From assembly GCA_026936335.1 (NCBI GenBank), contig JAPMXV010000025.1, positions 1 to 64,000 on the forward strand: 64,000 nucleotides of DNA, in the 5' to 3' direction. A program made the position numbers and the translations under genes. The stretch's first letter is position 1, and every line of letters starts with the position of its first letter. Positions 50,401-62,400 of the stretch are shown piece after piece. The stretch comes from Mantamonas sphyraenae STR306 (taxonomy: Eukaryota > Protista > CRuMs). The notes under the pieces were generated by a model. It saw only the letters and a list, made by a program, of their open reading frames with translations. It was not told where the DNA came from and searched no databases.

Positions 50401-53400
50401 GGTGACAAGCACGCCGCCCGATTGGGGCACGCCCACGCCAGAGGCTGTTGACACAGACGTGGCTGTGAACGGTGCATAGGCTTGCAGTGTGGCCTGTGCG
50501 GTTGCGTCGCCACGCCGTTCGAGTCCAGCCAAACGCAAGGAGAGGGTCACACTGCCGGTGCCCACGTCGGGTGCATTGCAATGCAGCAAACTGGTGCTCA
50601 TGCGCACACACGCGACGGTGCGGTTGACAGTGGCACTCACAAAGTCGATGGTGGGTGGGAGGGTGGGTGGGAAGTAGCCACTGACAAGCAAAGCCGATCC
50701 ACCCGTGCTCACTGCACTGCGCGGTGTCACACTGGTCACACCGTACGCACATTGAGGCACACACTGTCCCAGAGCAAAGTCGTAGCATTGGACGCTCGGA
50801 CAGACGGGCGTCACGCTGACGACACTTCCCGAGTTGACGAGATCGCCTCGCAAGCTGCCGGCCATGGCCGCGGTGGCCAACAAGCCCACCTGCACACCCA
50901 ACGCATCGCCGGCCACGGGTGCGCTTGCACTCAGCTTGCGAACCTGGCCCCATGCGTTGGCGCCGCCCGCATTGCGTGCAAATGCATACACTGCGCCGGC
51001 GTCTGTTTGACCTGCCACATCCGCATGCGGAGCACCCACGAGCAACACGTCCTGGTTGTCTCGTGCCAAGGCCACACTGGCACCAAACAGGTCGCCCTGT
51101 GCCTTGTCGCTACTCAGCAGCTTCTTGCTTTGTGTGTACGTGTTCCCAGTGCGTGCAAACACATACACAGCGCCAAAGCGAGTCACACCATCACTCACTG
51201 CCTCGGGTGCACCCACTGCCATCCACGTCCCGGCCACGCTCACCGCAGCGCCAAACCGCGATCCCAACACAGGATCCGCAGGCGCCACACGCTGCACCTG
51301 ACCCCACGCATCCACGCCACCTTGGTCGCGTTGGAACGTGTACACCGCACCGGCCGCATTTGCTTCTTTCGGTGCACCGCTTGCAACGCTGTCTGCGTCG
51401 TCCATGGCCAACGCGCTGCCAAAATGTCCTCCGGCCGCTGCCGTGGCTCCCAGCGTCGCACGGAGCGTCCACTCGGTGCCGTTCAGAGACGTGCGTGCAT
51501 ACACATACGCACGCCCCGTGCCACTGGCGTCCAGAGGGGCACCCACCACAAGGTGGCGACCCACCACAACCACGCTCTGGCTGTAGTTTGCAGTCGCACC
51601 GAGCATGGGAGTGGGATGCTGCACAGATCCACGTGCAACCCACGCCCCATCCACCTCGCTTGCCTGGTACACAGTCACACGCCCCGGAGCAATCTGGCCC
51701 ACTGCCATCACGTGTGACCACATGGCCACGGAACGGCCAAAGCCCACCGTGCCTCCCAGTGGCGCATCCAGTGTCTGTTGCACGTACAGTCGCGCCGTGC
51801 TGTTGAAGCCAAACACGCGCACCTGTCCGGCGCCGCCTGCAGCGCCAATGCCGCCAGCAGCCAAACTGTTGCCGCCTGCGGTGCCCATGGGAAGTGTGCC
51901 CAATCGGCCGTCGACGACAGCGGGTTGCAAACCGCCACGCTGGTTGGCCGGGTAGGCAAACAGGTTGCCCACAGTGTGTGTCTGTCGCTGGTTGTGGCTC
52001 ACACTCAGTGTGACGTAGCCCGGTGTTTCCAGAGACGGTGTGTTGCATCGCAGCTGGGTGCTCGACAGCACCGTCGCCTGCGTGGGTTGGGCCCCGTCAA
52101 ACACACATTCACTGAACCCAGTGTCCACAAAGCCCACACCCGCCACCGTCAGCACCACACTCGTGTCGCCCAGTGGTACGGTTGCCTGTCCAGCAAAGCC
52201 TTGCACAGACATGGCCGTGGGAGTGGCATACGTGGTGAAGCGCACGCGAGAGGCATGTGCCGCGTGGACAACGTCGCCACCCGCGCTGAGGGACACTGTC
52301 AGGTTGCGTGCTGCATCGCCCGTGTTGGGCATGACACAGCTCAGGTGGTCGTCCGCCTGTACCGTACAGGGTGCGGTGGTGTTGATCTGTCCTCCGTGCA
52401 GCCATACCTGTGTGTGTCCCGTCAGTCCGTGGCCATACACGTGTACAGTGGTGCCGCCTGTGCCCGGACCCACACTGGGCCACACTTCCTCCACCACGCC
52501 CGTGCATCGCTCGCACGCATTGCTTGTCCAGCGGAAGCACGAGTGCAGAGGACAAAGGGCTCCGTATGTGACACGTCCCTGGCTGGTCGACGCTGCCGGG
52601 GCGCCCATCACCACGAATCCGAGATGACGAAGCACATCCATCGCAGAGCCCACCTGGCCACTTGCACCCAGCCATGACGCGCTCAGAGTTCGCAGAAGGG
52701 TGTACGGTGTCGTCGATGCCAGTGTCCCATTGTTCTGATGGCGCACATACACGTATGCCACGCCTGCCTGTGTGGCTGCCATGGGTGCACCCACCACCAT
52801 CGCCCGTCCGCCTTCCGTCACAGCCAACGATGCTCCAAACGCCACCGCGCCCACGCCTTGGCCAGGTGCCAGTAGCGTCTGCACCAGAGTCAATCGGTTG
52901 TCGCTGCTACCAATGCCATACACGTACACGGCGCCACTTGTGCTCTGCTCCGGTGCACCGATGGCCGTCACATTGTCCGTCACTGCCACTGCCGCCCCAA
53001 AGTGAGCGCCTGTCTGCAACGCTGCGGGTGCCACAGTGTCCATGGCCACCCATGCACTCAGTCCCCCACTGCCCATGTCCATCAACAACGACGCCTTGCC
53101 GCGGCCTCCGTTGTGTGACGGGTGACCCACCACCGCACGCGTCCCTTGCATGTCCACCACCGTGCCCATGCCCGCCATGCTTTGGCTCTCGCCGTACGCA
53201 TTGCGTCCGTTGCGGTCGCGCACGTGCACACGCAGCGTCCCGTCGCTGGATGCCACCAACAGTTGCGCCGCGCCCATGTCGATCGAATCCACAGAGGCTC
53301 CCGACACGCTCACTGTGCTCAGTGTGTTGAATGTGCTTCCGCCTGCGTGTGTGTACACATACACATGCGAGGCAGCCTGGCCGCCTGTCTTGCGTGTGGC

Positions 53401-56400
53401 CGAGGCAACCAGACCAAACGACGCCGCCACACTTGCGCCCATGCCCACCACTCCGGCATCCGGTGCACTCAGTTGCGCCGCATGCGCAAGTGCCTTGTTG
53501 GCACGCACAAACACAGACGTCTGCGCTGTGGTTGTGCTCGTCTCGGGTGTCGCCGTTGCTCCGCCGCCCACCACCAAGGTTGCACTTGCTGCCACACTGC
53601 CACCCAGGCGACCGGTGGCCACGGTGGGGTTTGCAGACAGCGCCCCGTTGCCTTGCACATACTCGAATGTGCCATCGCCAACCGCATACCAATGCTGCCT
53701 GTCCAGGGACACATACACGCCGCTCTCGCTGGTTGCTTGTGCCGGCGAGTCGCATTCCACTTGGGTGCTGCTCACCACACGTGCCTGTACGTACCCACTG
53801 CCACCAAAGCGACACGCTGCCATGCGCGACGAGTCGTTGTTGTTTGCCAGTCCCGCGCCGATCCCAATCACCACGCTGCCACCCTGCACAGCACCACCCA
53901 CCTGTTCCTTCGACGCCATGGTGACCGCGTACACGTCAAACACGTCGCCGCTTGTCGCACTTCCCTGTGTGGCGTGGCTCACCTCGAAGCGTGCCTGACC
54001 CACCTTGCCTCCCATGTCGGGTGTGGTGCAGTTCAGCATCTGTCCTGCGTCGCTGTGCACGCTGCACGTCAACGGACCCGTCAGTGTTCCGTCCGACAGC
54101 CGCATGCGCACCACGCTGCCTGCGTTCAATCCCGTGCCACGAAGCAGCACCGACGTGCCGCCCTGTGTGGGTCCACGCATGGGCGTGAACGAGCCGATCT
54201 GCGTCGTGCAGTTGTCACACACAAACGTGGCTGCGTTGAAGCATGCGTTGGGACACTGTGCACCCACGCGCACCAAGCGACCGCCCGAGTTGGCCGTCGT
54301 CTGACCGTACACAAACCCTTCAGCGCCAAGCGCCGCCTGCCCTGTAAGCGGCAGTTCGTTCACAGCCAACTCAAGTGTGCGTGCGAGTGCAAACGTGTCC
54401 GATGCAGACGGGTTTGCACGGAACACTTGGCTGCCAAATCCCGTGGTGACCACCAGCAGCGTGCGAGTGTCCACTGCATACACGCCGCCGTTGCCAAAGT
54501 TGCTCAGCAACGTGCGGCTGCTCTGCGACAACACCTGTCGCTGGCTCCACATCCCACTCGTCGACGACACACCATACAGGTACACCTGTCCATTGGTGCC
54601 CTCCTTGTGGCTACTCACCGCGAGCACACGCGTGGGCAACAACGCGATGTGGGTGCCGTACGCCTGACCCGCGGCTGGGGCTGCGCTCGTCAGACGCTGC
54701 ACAAAGCCCCATGCGTCGTAGCCACCCTCGTTCTGACGCATCACATACACTGCTCCACCGGCACTCTCCGACGGTGCACCCACCACCAGCCAGTCCTGGC
54801 TGGCTGCGGATGAGGCACCAAACCCTGCGCCTGCTTCCACGTGTGCATTGGGCGCCTGCACACTCGTCGTGGCCACGTATGCACTCGACGTTGCGCCACT
54901 CGTGCGCTTCAGCACTTGCACCACACCGGCCCCAGCCAAGCCGTTCACTGTCGCCGACGGAGCGCTAGCAAAAAGGAACACGTCGTACGCACACAACTGT
55001 GCGCCCAGGTCGCCTCCAGCCGGACCCGACATCCACACCTGCACCACTGCACCTGCTTGCAGGTCCACAATACTGACTGCACCCTTGCTCTGACGCTTGG
55101 GGGCACCCACGGCCACGCGCTGTGTGCCGTCCAGTGCAACCACGCTTGCCCCAAACTGCTGGGTTGCGCCTGTGTCACCGTCCGCCTGGATGGTTTTGTC
55201 CAAAGTCCATGCGCCGCCACCGTTGCGGGAATAGCTGCGCACACGGCCGCTTGTCGACTCGCTGCTCATGCCCACCACCAGCTTGCCATGTGCAAACACC
55301 AGTGGTTCCCTGCCAAGCTGCTGTGCCGCAGAGCCCGTTTCCGTCTCGCCGGCCAGCAGTTTGAACGATTCAAGCGACTCGACGTTGACAAAGTAGCTGC
55401 CATCGCTGGAATAGCTCATGGTGACCACTCCCGTCGATGCACCGGCCACAGGTGTTGCACACTGTGCATGGGTGCTGCTCATCACAATTGCATCGCGTTC
55501 CAGGCTGCCAAATCGGCACACCTGCTTTCCAGTGTGCACAAATCCACTTCCGTACACATCCACAACTCCCGGCACAGTTACATCCGCCCCGTTGCCACCC
55601 ATGTGTGTCACGCGTGTGTCAAACACGGGCAGGACGTACGGCTCGTACGAGGTGCTCGTCGCCACACTGGGCACGTACATCGCATACGACGCGGCTGGCA
55701 GTGTGTTGGGAATCGTACACGACAGCACATAGTCGCTCTTCACCGAACATGCCACACTTGTGTTGAGTGCAGACGATTTGAGTTCAATCGACGTGGCTGA
55801 GCTCAGTCGGAAGCCGTACACTGTCAGCGTTGCACTCTGGCCCTGACGCACAGCCACAGGATCGATCTCTTTGATGACGCGCACACACGCACCGCAGGAC
55901 AATGATCGATGGTCCATGCATGTGTTGGGTCCACATGGTGGCGATTGCACGCTAACACTGCCGTCGTTCTTCGAAGTGCCCACGTTCTCGAGCAACTGTC
56001 CATCCATCATCAGCGCTTCGTCACCAATGGCAATCAACTGCTGTCCCATGCGTTCTTGGTCGTGCAGCGGCAGACGCGGTTCCAGAACCCGGTCTGCCAC
56101 CCACGTGCCACCCTTGCTCAGCCATCGCTGAGCGGCGCCGGTTTGAGACAAACCAGACCCCGCCGGCGACGTGTAGGGCATCGACACGTAGAACACAGAC
56201 AAATCAGGGAGGGCACGGATGCGCCACGCGCGAGTCACGAGTGCACTGCCCTGTATCAGCGTCTCGCGAAGGTACCAGCGGTAGGAATCGGACGACGCAC
56301 GCTCGTACACGTGCACAGCTCCCGTCACAGCCGCCGACGCACCTTGGTCCACACAATAGCCATAGTGCGCCACCAGAGCTTGCCTGCCATTTTCGTGCAT

Positions 56401-59400
56401 GGACACGCTCAGCCCAAAGTACGTGTTGTCCACGTCGTACTTCACCGCACACGCCTTGGTCGGGCTGTCCACACGCTGTCGCTCAGCACGCACCTTGTTG
56501 TTCTCCAGGTGGAAGAAGTAGACAGAACCCGTGCGTTGGGTGGGCTGCGAATAGTCGCGGAATGACTCGCCCACAATCAACGCGGTGTTCGAAATGTCCA
56601 CCGCCTCGCCAAACCGTGCGTCGTCTTCAGGGTCGTTCGCAGACGTGTCACTGGCACTGAATGCCTGCAGACGTTCAATCAGACCCCAGTTGTTGGTGCC
56701 ACCCACGTGCCTTCCGTACACGTACGCCACGCCTGCGTTCAGCGAATTGTCCGTGGAAAAGTCTGCGTTCCAACCGCCAACAATCAGCATGTCGCCCCGG
56801 ATGCGGATGGCACGTCCATCGCGTCCAATCTGTGCAGCTCGCATGTCTCCCTCCAGTTCCTTCACCACAGTCCAGCTGTTGGACGCTGTCAGTGACGCAA
56901 CGGCGTGGTTGCGCTTCAGGATGTACACAAAGCCATTCGTGTTACGGAACGGCAGCGAAACCAAAAGCTCATCGTTTTGCATCTCCACCGCCATGCCCAG
57001 CTGCGTCCCATCTGCAGGTGCCGTGTTGAACACCGCGTGGTCCAGCGCATCCGTGCCCTGCACCCAGTGTGTGCCATTGTTCCAGCCAAAGAAGATGTCA
57101 CCTCTGTTGTTGCCTACTCGATCCGACAGGCGCATACCAATGCCGCACAGGCCCAACGAGCACCCGATGCCCTGTCCGTAGTAGCCTTCCACATCATCGC
57201 GCGGTGCGTACCAACGCAGGATGGGCACCAGGGTCACTGTGCCCACCACAAAGGTGTTGCCAGCCACAGACACCTGCAGCGTCTCTCCAGACAGCGCCAG
57301 CGTGTCCGGCGCCGTGCAGCGCACCTTTGTGTCGGACACAATGGACGCTGCCAGCTGCGTGCTGCCAAGCGTACAGCTTACAGCGCCCGTGCTTCCAACA
57401 GGGAACCCTGTGCCCAACACATCCATCTCTGCAGACACAGTGGCTGTGATGTTGCTCGACACCACGCTCGGAGGGTCCACAAATGTGACTTGCGGGTGAA
57501 CCGTGTAGCTTGCCACAGGAATGCGTGCCAGGCGCACGTCGTGCACACCCTTGGTAGGCACGATGGGCAGCTGGCACTCCATGCGCAGCGTGGTCATCAG
57601 TGTGCAGTTGGTCGTGTTGGCTTGCAGCACGCCGTCCTTCCACAGCTGCAGGATGGGTCCACTCTCTCCCTCCAGCTTCAGTGTGTGGTGAGACACAACC
57701 GTCACTGTCAACTGGTCTGTGCGCACTGCTGCGTTTGGCAGCACAAAGCTCAGCGGTCGACGGCACGGCACGCACTCAAACGTGGTCCCGTCAAAGCACA
57801 CTCGAGTGGGGCAGTCGCCAATAAGGCCCACATCACCCGCACCCTGTGCCATTGCGCTAGCGTATGGCCGCCCAAACCCAATGGCTTCGTTGTCCATCAG
57901 ACGCACGGAAAGCGCTGAGCCCGAACCACGCGCCATCGGCACAATCATGCGCTTGAGTTCAAACTTGCCCAGCGTCGGATTGTACGTGTAGAACAGAGGC
58001 GTGCTGTACTGGTACGTGTTGTGGCTCCAGCGCATCACAAACCGTTCCGCAAGCACCACCAGCGTCTGTCCGTCCGAGGTAAATGCCATGTCAGCGCCCC
58101 AGCGCTGCAGTGTGGCAGGGGCCTCTGCCGTGCCGCCCTGTGGCCATTCATAGTCCGACAAAGTGGACGCATCCAGCTGCTGGATCATTCCCCACTTGCG
58201 TGACCCGCCCACATCCCGTCCATACACACGCACCATGCCCATGCGGTCGTATGCCATGCCCGTGAGTGGAGTGAGTGTCCTGTTTGTCCACTCGCGTGCA
58301 CCCACGGCCGCAAACAGCTCTGTCACAGATGAACCGTACCCGAAAAAGGGCCGCCTGTCCTCCAGATACTCGTTGTCGTCGATTGTGAACACAGCTTCGT
58401 CCTTCCACAGACCATTCTCTCGACGCATCATAAACGCGCAGCCGGGAATCACGATGGATGTTGCGTTGGGGCGGCATTCGTACGAACCACCCATCACCAA
58501 TTCGTCGTTCCACACCGTGAGCCCTCCCAAACCAAAAGCGCATGTTCTGGTAGTAGAACTGCTGCGGTGCCACCAGATCGTACTCACTGAACGAGTTGAT
58601 CGACGGCTGGTGCCGCTTCATCCACATGAACCCTCCCTGGTTGGCGCCACCGATGTCCAGCAGGTTGATGGGCATGTATGCATAAAAGTCGGTGACCTTG
58701 ATGGCACGATACTGGCTTGCCAGCTGATCGGCCTTCAGTGGCTCCTTGGTGATCCCCTTGACAAACGACCACGTGCCGTTTGCTTCCCGTCGATGCACTC
58801 GCACCGCGCCCGCATTGTTCAAGGCGGCCAATTTGTCGCGCAGCGAGCTGAACATCGCCAATTCGTCATCCACCATAGACACCGACCGCAACAGCGTGTT
58901 GGCTTGGTACTGATCGGCCTCGGAGAGCGCAAAGCGTGTGTCGAAGCTCCACAGGCGCGTGTCCGGGTTGCGCCGCCACACATACACTTTGCCATACTCT
59001 GAGTTTGTCTCGGTGGCAGGTGCCATCAGTGTGTTGTGGCTGGCCGATAGGTCAAACAGACCCAGGTACATGTTTCGGAAGTCGTCGTAGTAGGCGTCCG
59101 GGATCATGTGCGACTGTGGCGTGTACTTTTGCACAGAAGCATCGGGTGCGCCACACACGGATGAAACAAGGCCGTTCAGATTGACATTCATCCAGTTTTG
59201 TCCATCCAGGGCCACCTCCATGGATTCCATGGTGTTGGTGGCCATGCTTGGCACGCACGCAAGGTGGCTGCCGTTGTTGTGAGCATGCATGTACACCTTT
59301 CCAATGCGGCACTCGGCATACCGCGACCACGGCATGTTGCCACTGCCCACCATGTGCACCATGATCGGGTTTGTGGAGGTGTAGCACGATTTGCCCTGGG

Positions 59401-62400
59401 CTGGCGCCGCCGTCAGCGACGCTGTCCACCCGCTGCTGTCGTACACCTCAATCATGGGTGCCCGGTACCACGATGCCATGGGTGTGGTGCCCACGTACAC
59501 ATGTGCCACGCCTGTTTCCGGCAGATTGGTCTGCACTGTGCAGTTCAGCCGGTTGCGGTTGTGCCGCGTACATGTGGCCGTGGCAACCGTCCCTGTGGCG
59601 TTGTACACCACACGGAGCGTCGCTGTGCTGGGATAGTCTCCAATGGCATCGCCTGTGATTACCAGTTGTTGGCCACCTGTCTTGGCCCACACTGCAGGGT
59701 GCACAGACGTGATGCCCACGTCACACTCGCCCATCGGCACACAGGTACGGTACCGCATGTTCTTGCACAACGACGTGGGACACATCGGTGACAGCACCTG
59801 TGCTCCGCCAGTGTCCTTCAGCGGCGTATCTGCTTGGGGCGAGCCGGACAAAAGATCCACGGCCGCGGTTGCTGCAACCGAGTACGAATTCAGCGTCACA
59901 GGCGTCTGGTCCACGTACGGGGTCACCTCCACGATGCGCTTCGCGTCCAGGTCGTCGTTCATGTTCAACAACAGACCCACCACCGTTTCGGATTCACTCA
60001 ACCACACGCGACGTGAGCTGGAGTACCAAAAGGCAAACGGGCCCATCAACGTGCTCGAGTAGCTGTACACAAAGGACGAACGCGAGCGACCGTACAGTGT
60101 CTTGACGTACACAAAGGGCCCAGTGCTGGGCTTTGCTCGGGTGCCGTTGCTGCGGCGCAACACGTGGACCGCGCCGTACGCAGATCCACCGTCCACCTCG
60201 CGCTGATTGTAGCAGCTCATGAACACTGTGTCCTCAATGACGGCCATTCCCCGTCCGCAGTAGGATGTGGCGATCGGATTGGGATTGTACACCACCTGCT
60301 GCGTGTATGCACCCTTCTCCATGTCAAAGTAGACCAGCAAGGCAGCACCCACCAGGTTGTTGCCGTTGTACGACGCACGCGAAATCCCAAACGCTGCCAC
60401 GTCGTGCGATACAGCCACCGAGTCACCCGGTCGCACATCCTTGTCGGCATACACAAACTCGGCCGGCAGTTCCAGCGTCATCATCTCCACAAACGGAGAC
60501 GTCATGCTTCCACGCGCAAACACAGACACCACACCGTCGCGTGTCAGCGTGCCCACATTGCCTGGGTACGGTCCGAAACGGTCGCCTCGTGTGCCATCCA
60601 GCATCAGGTACGGGCTGGCGGCAAGGAAAAGCGTGTACAGTGTCAAATCCTTGTTCGTGCGGTACACCATGTTGGTCATCTCGAATTCGCCTGTCTGCGG
60701 GTTGCGCTGGTACTGATGCATCATTGCGTTATACTGGTACGCAATAACCAGAGTGTCGTCGCCTGCAAACGTCATCACGTAGCCAAAGCGCATCTTTTCC
60801 GCGGCGACGCCGTCCTGAACCCACGGTTTGATCTCTGCGTGTGTGTTCCACGTCATGTTGCTGGCGGTATACTTGTACGTCCATGCGCGCCCGTACCGTC
60901 CGGGAGAGTTTGTCGACCACGGCGCACCCACCACCATCAAATCCGAATTGCCAGCCAGGTTTTCTCCAAAACGGGTTTCTTCCAGAGGGGTGCCCGGGTT
61001 GGTGATCACTTGACCATCCTTGAACAGAGTCAATGCGCCTGCCACCCCCTGCACTGTGTGGAATGTGCTGTTGTCCAGCGACACCTCCAATGCAGTGGGC
61101 AGCGTGGTAAGCATGTTGCGTGACACCACACACGACGCGTGTGTGCTGTTCAACACCTCCAGTGCACTCGTCACGGCGCCTCCGTTCCAGCGACACACTC
61201 CGGGCGATCCAGCGCCCGTTGCACTCAATCCCGTGCCCACAATGTCCACGGTTGTGAATCGCGACAGCGAAATGATGCGAGGTTGCATCGTCAACGTGCC
61301 CACCGTGCTTGGGTTCACGGCCACCAACGTTTGACCGGGCGTGGATTGTCCGTTGATCATGCTGACCGTAAACTGGCCCGCCTGCAGGGCTGGGAGCGTG
61401 CACAGCAGTTTGCTGCCACGCACATAGGTGCACTGCACCGTGTGTGGTCCTCCGGGACCCGTCAACCGGATGCTGTGGCGCTGAGTGTCATCGGAGAAGA
61501 AGTAGACGCCAAACACAGACAAGACCTGGCCTGCTGCGTTGTACGTCAGCGTGCGTGGTTCGATGTCACGCACACGTGTCTCGCATCGTCCGACCTTGCA
61601 GCTCCACGAGGGAGCGTCGAAGCACTCGCTCGCGGTGTCACACTTCAGACTCATCATGCGTGGGCGTCCATTGGCCACCTGCGGTGTCAACGAGTTGCCC
61701 CATCCCTGTGCGGCACCAAACCATCCGTTGTCACCCGAGATGCTCGTCACTTCGCCATCTTGGTCGCCCGAATTGACCACAGCCATCCGGTCCAGCTCCC
61801 GCCATGCGTCCACCTGTCTGTCGTCGCGCACATACATAAAGTATGCACCCGAGCTCTGTGGTCCGTATGTGTCTGAACCCACCATCACGTCGCCAAAGTC
61901 GTTGACGCTCGCACCGTTGCCGTAGTCCATGTCGAAGCCATCAAAGTGCGCGCGAAACTCCACCACCTGCGACCACAGGCCACTGCTGTTGCGTCGGAAC
62001 AGCCACACTGCACCCTGATCCACCTGTCGCGTGTCGGGATCCTGTGCAATTTCGTCGCCCACCACCAGCATCTGCGCGTGGGCGTTGTACACCATTTCGT
62101 ATCCAAACCTACCGCGCAACACATTGCCGGGCGCACGCAGGGGATGATCCAGCACCTGGTCCAGTCCATAGTTCAGTGCGCCTCCCGTGTTGCGTCCAAA
62201 CACAAACACCTTGCCCATCCCATCGTCATCGTACGCTGCCACAAACACTTGGTCCTCACTCATGCCCACACGCCAACCAAACCTACCCGCTGGCGATCCC
62301 AACGGGTTGTTCAGCACCTTGATGATGCCCCATGCGTTTGTGCTCGGTGTGTTGCGATGCATGATTGTCACAACGCCGTCGTTCTGCGTGCTCCGTTCCG

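Noticed and set aside
20051-58537. Programmed ribosomal frameshifting as the explanation of split ORFs
   Set aside because: Shifts go in both directions with no common slippery site or adjacent stop motif. Homopolymer error is more parsimonious.
41971-61123. Numerous long + strand ORFs opposite the giant gene (e.g. 46306..50451)
   Set aside because: Antisense-frame artefacts of a GC-rich coding strand, with no recognisable domains.
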